NCBI RefSeq assembly: GCF_036321535.1
Contig: NC_087461.1
Coordinates: 17,050,001-17,114,000, forward strand
DNA length: 64,000 nucleotides
Direction of reading: 5' to 3'
Source: Camelus dromedarius
Lineage: Eukaryota
Made by a program: the position numbers and the translations under genes
The notes under the pieces: model-generated
What the model was told of the DNA's origin: nothing
Database searches by the model: none
The model's input: only the letters and a program-made list of their open reading frames with translations
Part shown: positions 22,631 through 33,799 of the stretch, one piece after another
Position numbering within the stretch: the first letter of the stretch is position 1
Layout: the number at the start of each line of letters is the position of its first letter

Positions 22631-23814
22631 GCCTCTGGGGAGATGGCTATTATTAGTGGGTACTGTTATTTCAGCACACTGGCCGGGGGGCTACACTCGG
22701 CGACCAGAGGAACTCTTGGAAGAGACTCCAGGGACGTGTTTTGCAAAAAATGTTATTTTCTCCTAAATTGGCTCAGACTACAGCAGCTCTTTTCTTTGCT
22801 GGGATGGCACTCGAGGGCTGGCCTAGTCCTGCATTCTCAGCCCCAAGGCCACTGGGCTAGTGGGGCCAAGAGCTGGTGGGATCAGATCCACTTCCAACAG
22901 GGAACACTGGGCACAGGTCCTTTGATGCAACCACTATCAGAATGATCCGAGGGGCCGGTTGTGTGTCCAGTGCCATTTTCCAGCCAAGCTCCATGGAGAT
23001 CAGGATCTCCAGGCTGGGGAAGGAGAGAAGATGCTGGGAGAGCAAGGCCCTCTTCCCTGCTTCCACCAAGCAAAGCCTGAAAAAGTTTATATGTGTATAT
23101 ATATTATATACTTGCATTTATATGTAATATTTATATTACATATAAATGCACATATATATTTCCCCTACTCCATACTTACTTTTGTCAGAAGAAAGAATTC
23201 TATTGCTCAGAAGGAAATAGGGGTGAGAACCCCTACTATGGAGGGTCCCATGATGATCCAGACAGTGTCCTCACACTGGGGGGACACCAGGTTGATGTGG
23301 AGAGAGACCTGAGCAAGGTGCCGACCACATCCAGTGACACTCTGTGTCTCTCTGATGCCTCTGTGCCTTCGCCCATAGTCACCCAGAGCCCTGGTGTAAG
23401 GCCTTGCTGAAGGCCCGCTTCCTGCTGGAAGCCCTCTGGCCCTCTCAGACAGGAGCTGTCTCAGCCACCCTTTTCTCCTGCTGTGTTCCTCTGTCACCTC
23501 CCGGTCCCCATCTGCCTTGTCCCAGAGCTATTTCTGGGTCTGTCTGTCTCTCCCTCCTTGTTGTGAGCTCCTGCAGGGCCAAGTCTGGCTCTGACTCATC
23601 TCAGTGTCCCCAGGACTCAGGTCAGGGCCTGGCGCTGACGAGTGTGCTAAGCATCAAAGCAGGGGTAGAATCCATGACAAGGGACCAGACTGCAGCTCAG
23701 ACTGTGTGTTCTTTAGGAACATGTGTCCCCCCACTAAACCAGGTGCTCCCCAAAGGCTAGAGCTGTGTCCAAGTCAGCTTTGTACCTCGAACCTTGGTAC
23801 GCCAACCTGTGGAG

Positions 23815-24025
23815 GGTTGGAAGGAAGGAAGGGAGGAAAAAAAGAGAGAGGGAGGGAAGAAAAAAGGTAGGAGGGAAGGAAAGGAGGGAAGAAAACGGTA
23901 AGCTGGGGAAGGGATGGTGGAAGGAAGAAAAGAAAGAAGGGAAGACAAGAAAAGAAGGGTAACTGGAAGGAAGGAAGTTTGATGGAAGGAAGGATGAATG
24001 GGTGGATGGAAGGAAGGAAGGTAAA
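23815..24025. repeat. (GGAA/GAAA)-rich polypurine simple repeat about 240 nt upstream of exon 3
   Basis: aaggaaggaagggaggaaaa...ggaaggaagg. Confidence 0.9.
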
Positions 24026-24259
24026 AATGGATGTATAGACGGACATACAAGTGCATGAGAGAGGAAGACCAGAATGGGCCTTGGTCATGAAGGCTACAGG
24101 GATTGGACTTGGATTGAACTTGGCTGGGAGGGAGACCCCAGAGTGATCTGAGCCTCAGGTGTGCTGTGGAGGGTCCATCCCTTTGTCCAAAAGAAGGTAC
24201 TCCCCACACCCAGCACTTGCCCCTCCCGAGTCACTGACTCAGTTTCCCTCGTGCTGTAG

Positions 24260-24520
24260 AATGGAACCCTGGCACCAAGGAGCTGACCAAGGCTCGGCAG
24301 AGCCTCTTGCTTAGTCAGTGGACCCAGAGCCAGAAGGAACCCTTTGGTGAGGAGGGTTGCAGCGACCCCATGGGCTCCATGTCCGTGGCCCCGCCGACCA
24401 AGAAGCCCGCATGGCCGGCCGAGAAGAACCTGCTGTATGAGTTCCTTGGGGCCACTAAGAACCCAAGTGGGCAGCTGAGGCTTCGCAGCAAAGTGGAGGT
24501 GGACGGGCTGGAGCTGAAAC
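24260..24520 (+). CDS. C1orf94: C1orf94 coding exon 3 (WNPGTKEL...EKNLLYEFLGATKNPSGQLRLRSKVEVDGLELK)
   Basis: Acceptor gtgctgtag|AA, donor AAAC|GTAAGC at 24521. 261 nt, phase 1-1. Confidence 0.95.
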
Positions 24521-25544
24521 GTAAGCTGACCCTTCCCAGGGAGAGTCTGAAGGGATTTCAGAAACCGTCATAGGCCCAGGCCCAGCTCTGCCATCAGATG
24601 GCTGTCTCACCCACGAGCAAGTCGATGCCTTTCCCTGGGTGTCAGGTTTTAAACCCGTAAAATGGGAGATGTGACTTTCTTCCTATGTCCTCTGCAGGGA
24701 ATATAATTGCTAGAGAAATGCAGCTGACTCTCAGGGGTCACGTGAGCATCATTGGCGGTCAATTTGAACATTTTATCCCCTCAAGTTGCCCAAGCCAAAG
24801 AAAAATCCATGCTTTAGTATTATTTCTACATTGAGATTATTCACATCCTTGCTTTCTCTGCCTTGCACTCCTACAACTGTTTCAATCAAAACCCTTTTCC
24901 TCCCAAAAATAAGGGGAAACTGACGCCCCATCTCTGACTCTATAAGCCCACAGGGCATATTGTAGAAGGAGAGAATCCAGGTTTCATAACCTGAAACAAC
25001 TCAACCAGATCTTACTCATTCAGACTAATTTTGGGCCCTACCATACTGAATTCTAATTATATAATATTTTAAACCATAAATGATTCCAACATAGATGTAA
25101 CAGCCTGCGCAAGGTCCTCCTCACTGCTGCAGGTACACGCCCTTGGGGGCTGCTTTGATAATTTGGTAAGAATGGCTTCCATGGCATCGCAATTGTTGGT
25201 ATCAAACTGGATTCTCCTAAAGCGCTTGAAAGAATGTGGTTTTGTATGTAGGTGATCAGGTTTGCTGTATTCTCGAGCTGAACTGCCTTCTTACTAGTGA
25301 GTGATGGAAAGTGACCTTCTATGCCCACTGTGCTGGGATTTTCACTCCTTCCGAATCGGCGAGATGTGAACTAAAGATATGGTCCTAGAGCTGGAAATTC
25401 ACCTGAAATTTGAAGACACCTCTGGGAGCTTAAAAGACCTGACTTCTGAGAACATTAACCCCAGAGGCAGTCATGGTGCTGAGGGCATCCTGGTCTCTCC
25501 CTCCCTCAATCATGGAAACACTCTACCTCTCCTGTGACTTACAG

Positions 25545-25720
25545 TTAACCCGCCAGCGACGGGGGCCGACAAGAACAACCTCAAGTACACAGGGAACGTG
25601 TCCACCCCACGCTTTGCCACCGGCTTGACCTCAGCCACCCTGAACCAGCCGCTCTGGCTCAACCTGAACTACCCACCTCCGCCCATGTTCACGAATCCCG
25701 CCACCTTCCCACAGTGTCAG
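25545..25720 (+). CDS. C1orf94: C1orf94 coding exon 4 (NPPATGADKNNLKYTGNV...LNQPLWLNLNYPPPPMFTNPATFPQCQ)
   Basis: Acceptor gacttacag|TT, donor CAG|GTGAGT at 25721. 176 nt, phase 1-0. Confidence 0.95.
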
Positions 25721-27779
25721 GTGAGTGAGTGTGTCCGGGGCCAGGCTCGCCCATGGCCATCCACGGAGGGGCAGTGGCTTCCAGGGAGCCTAATTCACAA
25801 AGAGCCTTCGGATGCGTTAGTTCATTTCTTCACTGTGGCCACATCAGACCAAATACTTGGTACACACGCATGCAAACACACATGCATGTGTGCGTATATT
25901 TCTCATTTTCCTTTGTCTGAATTCCGGTTCACTCTGTGCTGTGTCTTCCAGAGCTGCTTGGCTAGTTTGGGCCTGTGAAATACTTGGGCTCCCAGGAAAG
26001 GATGATGACATACAGTCCTTGTTTCCCCCCACCTCCTGTGACTTCCTTTACAGTCAGATGACATGTGTCCTGGATTACTTGGGACAATCCCAATTGAGGT
26101 CTTTTGTCCCAGCATAATTCTTAATTGCACCTGCTTTCACTCTCAAGTGCCCTGCTGTGGATGACAAATTCTGTGGCCACTTCATTTAAATGACAACCCA
26201 ACCGTCTCAGCTTCTCCCAGCTAAAGTGGCTTGATGCACTTTCTTGGTCCTGGGACTCAGAGGGAACTCAGGGCCAGACAATAAGGAATGGGTGAAACCC
26301 TTGGATTTTTACTCACAGAACTCATTTATGCAGGGAAAATGTAGTTTCTTTAGTTGGCCTATTTAATTTAATCTCCCTGAAGAGTTGCCACCCACTAGGT
26401 AGAAAGAAGGAAAAATCAAATAAATGTCCCCTCCAGTTTAAACAGTAGTCTAAACCAAGAGCTTAAAGTAGTCCTTTTAGGTAGTGCTCAGTTCCTCCAG
26501 GAAAGGTGCTCAGTGTCAAAGATTTCCCAGTCTTCTGTCCCCTCCCTGGCTCCTTTCCAGTATGGTGTGCCAGTGTATGGGGTGGGGACCAGGTGCTTGG
26601 GAACCTGCTGCCCCAGCCTTGCTTGGCAAAGCCTGGAGAGGGCAAAGAGAGAAGGAAATCCCCTGAAAATCATCTCATCCTGTCTCTGTGCCCCTTCCCC
26701 TGTCCTTTGGGCCCCTGTGTCATTTCCTCCTTTACAACAGAGCAGCGAGTCTCACGGAGTGGGTGTCCCACGCAGAAGGTAGATCTACTCCACATAAAGC
26801 CTCTCTGCGCTGGTGCACCCGGCTTAGCCCCTGAATCTTAAATGGGGACTAAAGTAAAGGAGTTTAGCACAGTCTCTCTTTTTCTCTCCAAAGTTTTGTT
26901 TCCAAGCTTTTTTTTTTTGGTTTGCTCAAGAGAACCCAAGTGCCCACCCTGTCCTCTCGAGGCGAGCGGTTGTAACGAAGTGTGGCGCGCGGGAAAATCA
27001 AAGTGCATCCGTCCCGTGTCTACAATTTGTTGTCCTTGCACAGGTCTGGAGAGAAATGCCCTGTTCACGTACCCGTGGGTCCACCGACCCCTTCACTGAT
27101 GTTCCTCCACCCTTGCATTTTTGTGTTTGCTCACTCACACTCATCATTCATCCACCCGCTCGTGGATGGACTCCTCTTTGTATTCGTTCTTTTCATTCAT
27201 TGAAGTAGTGAGAAACCCTTCCTTCACACTGACCATAGGCTAAGCATCAACTCGATCAGGGGATTCCGAGGTGACTAAGAAGCTTGGAGTCGAGTACAAG
27301 TCAGGAACAAATCAAAGGCCAGCACTGTGTGCACCCCCACCTCTGACAGAGAAACGATTTGCATAATTTTATTTAGTGGAAACCCGTGCACTCTCAGGGC
27401 TCACCATGTAAAGCTAATGCAGTGATTCATTTTATGAAGATAGGGTGGTGTCTCACTGCCATGTTAACTTCTACTCTCTTGACTTTTGGAGCGGGTGAGA
27501 TACGGACACACTTTTCAAGCTTGAAGGTCCTTTGTCTTCAGAGATGCTGGTGTTGGCATCACAGGGCTGACCCCGAGGTTCCTGGGCCCCTGGGTCCTAT
27601 ACAGCAGTTTAGACACTGAATGGGCCCAGCTGAAGTCCACTGCACACACCGACCCTCGCGGGTGGGAACGAGGGTCGGTGTAGTTTACGTTCTCCCAGCC
27701 CCTTGTGATCGCACAACGCCACCCAGCTTCAGGACAGCTGGTCCAGTAGCCTGATATAATAAAAAGAAGGCAGGTTTTG

Positions 27780-27990
27780 GAATCATCAGGCTGGGGTTTA
27801 AGGAAATTCTGCTGCTTCCAAGCTGTGTGGCCCTGGGCAGGTTAGCCAAATGCTCTGAGCCCGGGTTTCCTCACCTGTGAAATGGCCTAATAATTACAGC
27901 AGCGGCAGCAGCAAATGCTTGAGTCAGCTGTAAGGTTAATTGAATCCATGGATGAGAAAGGGCTTTGAAAAATCTAAAGGGTGATACAGC
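27780..27990 (+). mobile_element. MIR
   Basis: gctgtgtggccctgggcaggttagcc...gggtttcctcacctgtgaaatgg. Confidence 0.65.
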
Positions 27991-30023
27991 TGTTGGTTTG
28001 TATTATTATTCAGCCCCAATCTTCCTAGGAAGCAGGGTCAGGGAGCTCTGCAGACCTTGAGAAGACAGAGAGGAGAAATGGGGAACATTCTATCCTGGTC
28101 TCCTTCTCTGCTTGGCGTTAGGAATAAAGATGAGGTCCCAAATCCAGTGTACTCAGAGCTCCGCTGTGGAGGGTCGCAGAGCCCTGGAGGACTAAGTCCC
28201 CAGCACTAAGGGGCTCCAGAGGCTCCGGGCTGCTCAGCATAAATGACCTCGGCTCCCAGTGAAGGAGGGAGCGCACAGGGGGAGAGGCCTTGGCCTCAAG
28301 CAAAGAGGAGTGAGTGTTTGTTCATCCTTGCTCATGATTTTACAGAGTTGCAGTTTGAACAGCTAGAAATACCTTCCAAGTCGTGCAGTGTCACTCACAC
28401 CGATGACTCCTGAAAATCCTCCCAGGACAGAGCGGGTCATAGATCCTGGGCATGGGGAGGATGATGGCCTGGGGAGCTGGCTGTGGACAGCGGAGTGGGG
28501 AGGGAGTGAAACCGAGGAGGGACACTGAGAACCTGGCCTTGGAGCTGAGGGCTGGGAACAGGCAGGGCGGCCCCATCTGGCTGACTCCTCTGTCCTGGTT
28601 CAGGTCACCGTTGGGGTCACAGAGCCCAGACTGTGGTCATGGTGAGTGGGGCTGCCCTGGGCTGCAGGACTTGAAGGAAAGGGGGCAGGTGCACTGGTTT
28701 CAGGTGAAGGGGTTGGTGGGAGTCGGGGAGGCCCAGCCATGGTCAAGTGTCAGGTACACGGGAGCAGAGAGCAAGGAGGCTCTGAGAGGATGTACGTTCT
28801 TGGAGACCTGGAAAATGGGCACCAGGAGACCTGGGGGACTTCCCAGGCCCCTGCAGCAGGGATGCAAAGCCTTTTATGAGGAGCCTTTGGGCTCTGAGGA
28901 AGTTGTCAAGGGCACAATGTCAGCCATCAACACTTTGACAACTGGCACAAGCTGAGCCCAGAATGGAGGCAGCATCTTGGGGTGCAGAATCTTCTGCAAA
29001 AACATATGGTCTGAGGGATGCTTTGGGTTTTGAACTGTATCTTAGGGGGTAACTAACTGGATTAGCAGGTAGAGGTAGTCTGGGACTGGAGGGGTCATGG
29101 GCTGACCCCACCCACAGGAGCAGTTCTGCTGTGCGTACACATGGACATGTAAGGCCACGTGGGACAGAGTTGTGTGGCTTCTACTTCCCATTGGGCTGAG
29201 CTGCCAGGCAGCCTCTTCAAGTGGAGGGTGTGGGGTTGGGGGAGCAGTGAGAGATGGTAAAAATACCTAACTTGCAGAATCCTTATTATGTGCTGTGCAC
29301 TGTTCTAAGTGCTTTGGGTGAATGAACTCATTTATCTTCACATCAGTCCTCCTCGTCAGGTACAGACACGGGTGTACGTGTGGGCACATAGATGCACAGC
29401 AGCAGAGGCCCAAACGCGTATGCCCGGGCTCACAGTTGCACATTTGTGCACAGAAACCCACAGCTCCAGATACAAATGCAAGCACACATGCAGATGTGCT
29501 GAAATAAACATGGAGGCAAGCTAGCACACACATGTACACAGATGCACACTGGCACCTCATGTCTTAGGGCAGGAATGGGGTTTGGGGAAAGGCACATAGA
29601 AAAAGGGTAAAGATAGCAACAAAGATAACTTGACTACTGTCACAGGCTTTACACGCTGAACACACATCATTTTACAGACAAGAGAAAAGACACTCAGAGA
29701 GGCTAAGTGATTTGCCCAAGATCACACAGCCACTAAGGGGCAGATCTGGGATTCAAGAGGCAGGCAGGTTCCTGAATCTCTTATCTTAAATATTCACTGA
29801 AAAGGCTGTGAATCCTGCTCACCACGGGCTTCCTGTGGGGTCTGAGTTGTGCTGGCTTGACCTGATTCCAGCTGGACTAGGCAACTAGAGGGTCTAGCCA
29901 GCAGTGTGGTGGGATGGGCTCAGCTGTTTGGAGATCCTGGCAAGTGAGCTGGAAGCTGAGCTGAGTGGCTGCTGCTCTCTGCCCGTTGCCCCGCGGCGCT
30001 GAGCCTCCCCCTTCTCTCCCCAG

Positions 30024-30101
30024 GGCCTGCACCCACAGCGGGCAGCCCGGATGCCTTATCAGCAGACCCTGCACCCCCAGCTGGGGTGTTACTCCCGACA
30101 G
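30024..30101 (+). CDS. C1orf94: C1orf94 coding exon 5 (GLHPQRAARMPYQQTLHPQLGCYSRQ)
   Basis: Polypyrimidine tract cttctctccccag|GGC, donor CAG|GTGAGT at 30102. 78 nt, phase 0-0. Not in the ORF track; read directly from the sequence. Confidence 0.93.
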
Positions 30102-30450
30102 GTGAGTACATGACTTCTTCACCTCTGAACCAGCTCCACAAAGGTCTGCAGGTTATAAGGACATCTGTTCCCTCGCCTTTGTCCAGCTGGTCACCCCCCA
30201 TAATTACTGGCCCACCCTTGACCCCAGAGCACAGACACAAACACCAACATGCGTGTGGAAACAAACCAGTGTCCTCAGGTGACAATAACAGCTGGCCCTT
30301 ACAGAGCCCCTACTGTGTGCCAGGCCCTTCTTTAAGGGCCTTACCTGCGTTAATTTAACCTTCAGGACCACCCTATGCGGTAGATTAGAGGTGAGGAAAC
30401 CGAGACACAGAGAGATTAAATAATTTGTCCAAGGTTATCAAGTTAACACA

Positions 30451-31015
30451 TGTTAGCTTTTGCTGTGGCAACAAACAGCCTCAATATCTTCAAGATTTTC
30501 AGCAATAAAATATTTAATTTTCACCCACAGTTGACAGGTGGGCTGAGCTGGGATGGGACTGGGTTCAAGCCTGTTCCACAAGTCCTCGTTTCGGGCTCTT
30601 GCTGAAGATACAGTAGTTCTTGCTGTGCTGGGTGGCTGGAGTGCCGGAGGGCCGGGCAGAAACACTTCTGGGAGGCCCAGCTTAGACCCTGGATGTAGTG
30701 ACGGGTGCCCACCTTCCACCAGCCAAAGCAAATCACGTGGCCTTGCCCAGCATTGGTGAGGCTGGGGAGTCATCCCTTCCAAGCCAGTTTTTCAGTTAAA
30801 ACACAAGACACCTAATTCAATTTAAATTTCAGATAAACAGTGAATACAATTTTAGTAGAGCTATGTCCGAAATACAGCATGGATCATACTTACTTGAAAC
30901 AAAATTTTGCTGTTTATCTGAAATTCAGCTTTAATTGGGTGTTATATTTTGGTTTGCTAAATCTGCCCCCTCCCCTACGCCCATGGGTAAGTCATTGATC
31001 AATATCTACTTGACA
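30451..31015 (-). mobile_element. Old ERVL-MaLR LTR (MLT1 J/K/L-like), interrupted by MER53
   Basis: Starts tgttagcttttgctgtggcaacaaacagcc and ends aatatctacttgaca. Confidence 0.5.
30783..30970. mobile_element. MER53 palindromic hAT MITE
   Basis: Perfect 16-bp arms AATTTCAGATAAACAG (30825-30840) and CTGTTTATCTGAAATT (30910-30925) within longer imperfect arms; central tatgtcc...gcatggatcatactta matches recalled MER53. Confidence 0.8.
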
Positions 31016-31589
31016 GTGACACAAAAGCAGAACTGGGATTTGACCTTGGGCAGCCTGGCTTCAGGGTCCATGTCCTCCCCCGTAACTCTGGTTTACTGCC
31101 TTTTGTGTACAGATACACAAAAATATAGTATCAAAGTAAAGCAGCAGAGACAAAAATACTAATACACACTCAGACACAAATAAAGATACAATTACATGCA
31201 TGTGGCTCAGCTGCATGTACACACAAAACACAGAACAGCAGGTCCTGAGACAGTGACACCCTGGGGCAGGGATGGAGGTGTGAGGGAAGGAGCTGAGAAC
31301 TGGCCGCATTCTCGGTCTGGCCGTGCACCCTCGCGTACAGACCCCACACTCACACCCACAGACTCCTCGGCCTCTCCTCTCTGCCTGGGGAGCCCTACCC
31401 TTTCTCTGCAAAGCACAGAACGTCCCCGTGGGCAAAGGAGGGCCCAGGGGTGTAGGCTGCCTTATTATGTGGGCTGGTCCTGCTTTTTCAGCAGGAGGAG
31501 CTTTGCGTCCTGAGATGACGTAAGCGTGAGGCAGGCTCGCAGAATCTCAGCGCGTCCCCTCTGCCCCACGAACAGTGACTCCGTCCGCC

Positions 31590-32110
31590 TAGCTCCAAAG
31601 TGGATGCTTTTAGACAAAGTTATGTATGTGCATATGTTTGAAAAAGTAATACAAAAACATGGTCCAAAATTTGCAGAATCTTAGAGGCAATCACTGTTCC
31701 TGGTGTCTTCGGTACCCTTGCTGTTTATACGTATCGATACAAGCATTTTTACACAGATGTGGTATTCTGGGCACGCTGCTCTATCATTGCTTCTGTGAGC
31801 AGAGTGTATTTTGGAGATGATTCCAGAGCCCTGTGCACAGCTCTGTTTTATGGGTTTTATCAGTGACATGTGGTTTAGGGTACATTTTTGAGTAAAGCTT
31901 ATAAAAGCTCTGGGACCTGCATCTTCTCTTTCATGTCAGTTTCCTCGCAGGTCCAGGCCCCGCTCCCCCAACTGTGAAAACCAGGCACATTTTCTGCCAC
32001 GCTGACCCACGGGTGTCTGTCCTGGGAGATGCCTTCCTGGGTTCTCTCTGTGAGCTCTGGACACTTTCTGACCTTTAGCTCATCCTCTTGGGGTTTCGAT
32101 GCCCGTATCC
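31590..32110 (-). mobile_element. Old L1 (L1ME-like) 3' fragment
   Basis: agaggcaatcactgtt...gtgtattttggagatgattcca resembles L1ME antisense. Confidence 0.45.
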
Positions 32111-32934
32111 AGCATTAGCAGATCCTACATGTCCACTAAGGGAAAGATGGGGAAGGCCAGGAGGGAGGAGCTCAGGCTTTCAGGAGGAACAAGCATAGAG
32201 GTACGGGTCAGAGCCACGGGCTCTGGGCTCACCCCACTGGGATTCTGACAAAATGCAGACACTTGAAACACTAAGCAAGTTGCTTAACTTCTCCGAACCT
32301 CAGTTTCCTCATCTCTAAAATGGCCCTACTTCCCAGGGCTGTTTGGAGTTTAATTGAGAGAATCCAGAGGAAGGGTCTGGAGTACCCCAAGCACTTAATA
32401 AGTGCTAGCCTTGTCATCTTTTTAAATTATATAAGGATGTGCAGGATGAGAGAGGGCTGTCAGCACACTGAACCCCTGAGCAGCTTGGACCTCAGACTCT
32501 TACTGTTAAAATGGAAATCTAGAAATTTCCCCAGTTTTGACCAAAACACACAGGAGGTTGGATGTCAGCTCCACACAAGACATTCAGAGCTGTCAGTGGT
32601 AGAATCCAGTGCTCACAATGTAATGAGCTCCCCATCATTTTACGTATTCAAACAGACACTTAGTAGTTTCTTCTTTCCTCTCTGCCCCCTCCTCTCCCTT
32701 TCCTGCACTCATTCATTTAACACATGTTTATTGAGCAGCTACCGTGTGACAGGCATTGTCTTAGGGCTAAGGATAAGCCAGTAAATAATACAGATGAGGT
32801 CCCTGCCTTGCCAGAGGCAAGATAGTGGAAGCCCTGCTTCTCAGTGGGGGTCTGATCCAGGAAGTCTCAGAAACCCAGTGAGTTCCTGTTTTCTCTAGGG
32901 TTTGAGCTGAATGCCGTTGCCTCTTGTCCACTCA

Positions 32935-33138
32935 CACTGTCCAGCACTGTAACCACCAGCCATTTAAATGTATTTAAATTTAAATCAATTAAAATTCAGT
33001 AAAATTTAAAATTCAATCACACTAGCCCCATTTCAAGGGCTCGATAAGCACACCTGTGTCTGATGGCTACCATATTGCACCATGCAGACGCAGATTTCCA
33101 TCATCCATCACCGGAGTTTCCACAGGGCAGGGCTGTCT
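32935..33138 (-). mobile_element. MER3-like hAT-Charlie element
   Basis: ctgtccagcactgtaaccaccagccattt...cacactagccccatttcaagggctcgata...ggctaccatattg is the reverse complement of MER3. Confidence 0.65.
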
Positions 33139-33284
33139 TGGACTTGGAGTCTGATGATATCCTGAGCTAGAAGCGAGGGATGTATAAATCTCAACAGCCT
33201 TTACTGAGATAGTAAAAATGAACAGGTGGTTATTGACCAAGGGAAGGTAGGGGAAAGGGAATGGACATGATGGAAGTCATATTC

Positions 33285-33460
33285 ATTGGCTGTTTATTAT
33301 ATGCCAGTTCTCTCTACATATGTCAGCCGACTCAACCCCCAAACAATGGAGATAGTGTTTGCCCATTTTATGGATAAGGAAACTGAGGCTCAGATAAATG
33401 AAATAACTTGCCAGTCTCACATACAAGAGCTGGGTCCTATGCTTTTTCCAGCTCAACACA
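33285..33460 (-). mobile_element. MIR
   Basis: gcccattttatggataaggaaactgaggctcagataaatgaaataacttgcc. Confidence 0.7.
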
Positions 33461-33602
33461 TTGCCTTCTATGCACCTCATAGCAACTGAGGGGCACAGGG
33501 GCTGAGGGGTGGGGGCTAGGGCTAGGGTTAGGGCTGGGGAACTGTAACGTTTGGGAGCAGTGGGCATTGCTGGACCAAGCCCCTCTCCTCTCTGCCCTGC
33601 AG

Positions 33603-33799
33603 GTGACACCATATAGTCCACAGCAGATGGGACAGCAGGTTTTCCGCTCTTCCTACACGCCCCTGCTGGGCTACATCCCCTTCGTCCAGCCCAACTATCC
33701 GTACTCTCAGAGGACGCCGCAAAAGCTGTCTGGCAATCCCCGAGACCCTTCCCCCATGGCAGGAGATGGGCCGCAGTGCCTCTTCCCCCAGGCATTCGG
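33603..33799 (+). CDS. C1orf94: C1orf94 coding exon 6 (VTPYSPQQMGQQVFRSSYTPLLGYIPFVQPNYPYSQRTP...QAF)
   Basis: Acceptor tctgccctgcag|GTG, donor GG|GTGAGT at 33800. 197 nt, phase 0-2. Matches ORF 33567..33803. Confidence 0.95.

Larger units (their letters stand above)
30280..31085 (-). mobile_element. MIR split into 30280-30450 and 31016-31085 by nested insertions
   Basis: ...gaggtgaggaaaccgagacacagagagattaaataatttgtccaaggttatc, then resumes gcagaactgggatttgaccttgggcagcctggcttcaggg. Confidence 0.6.
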
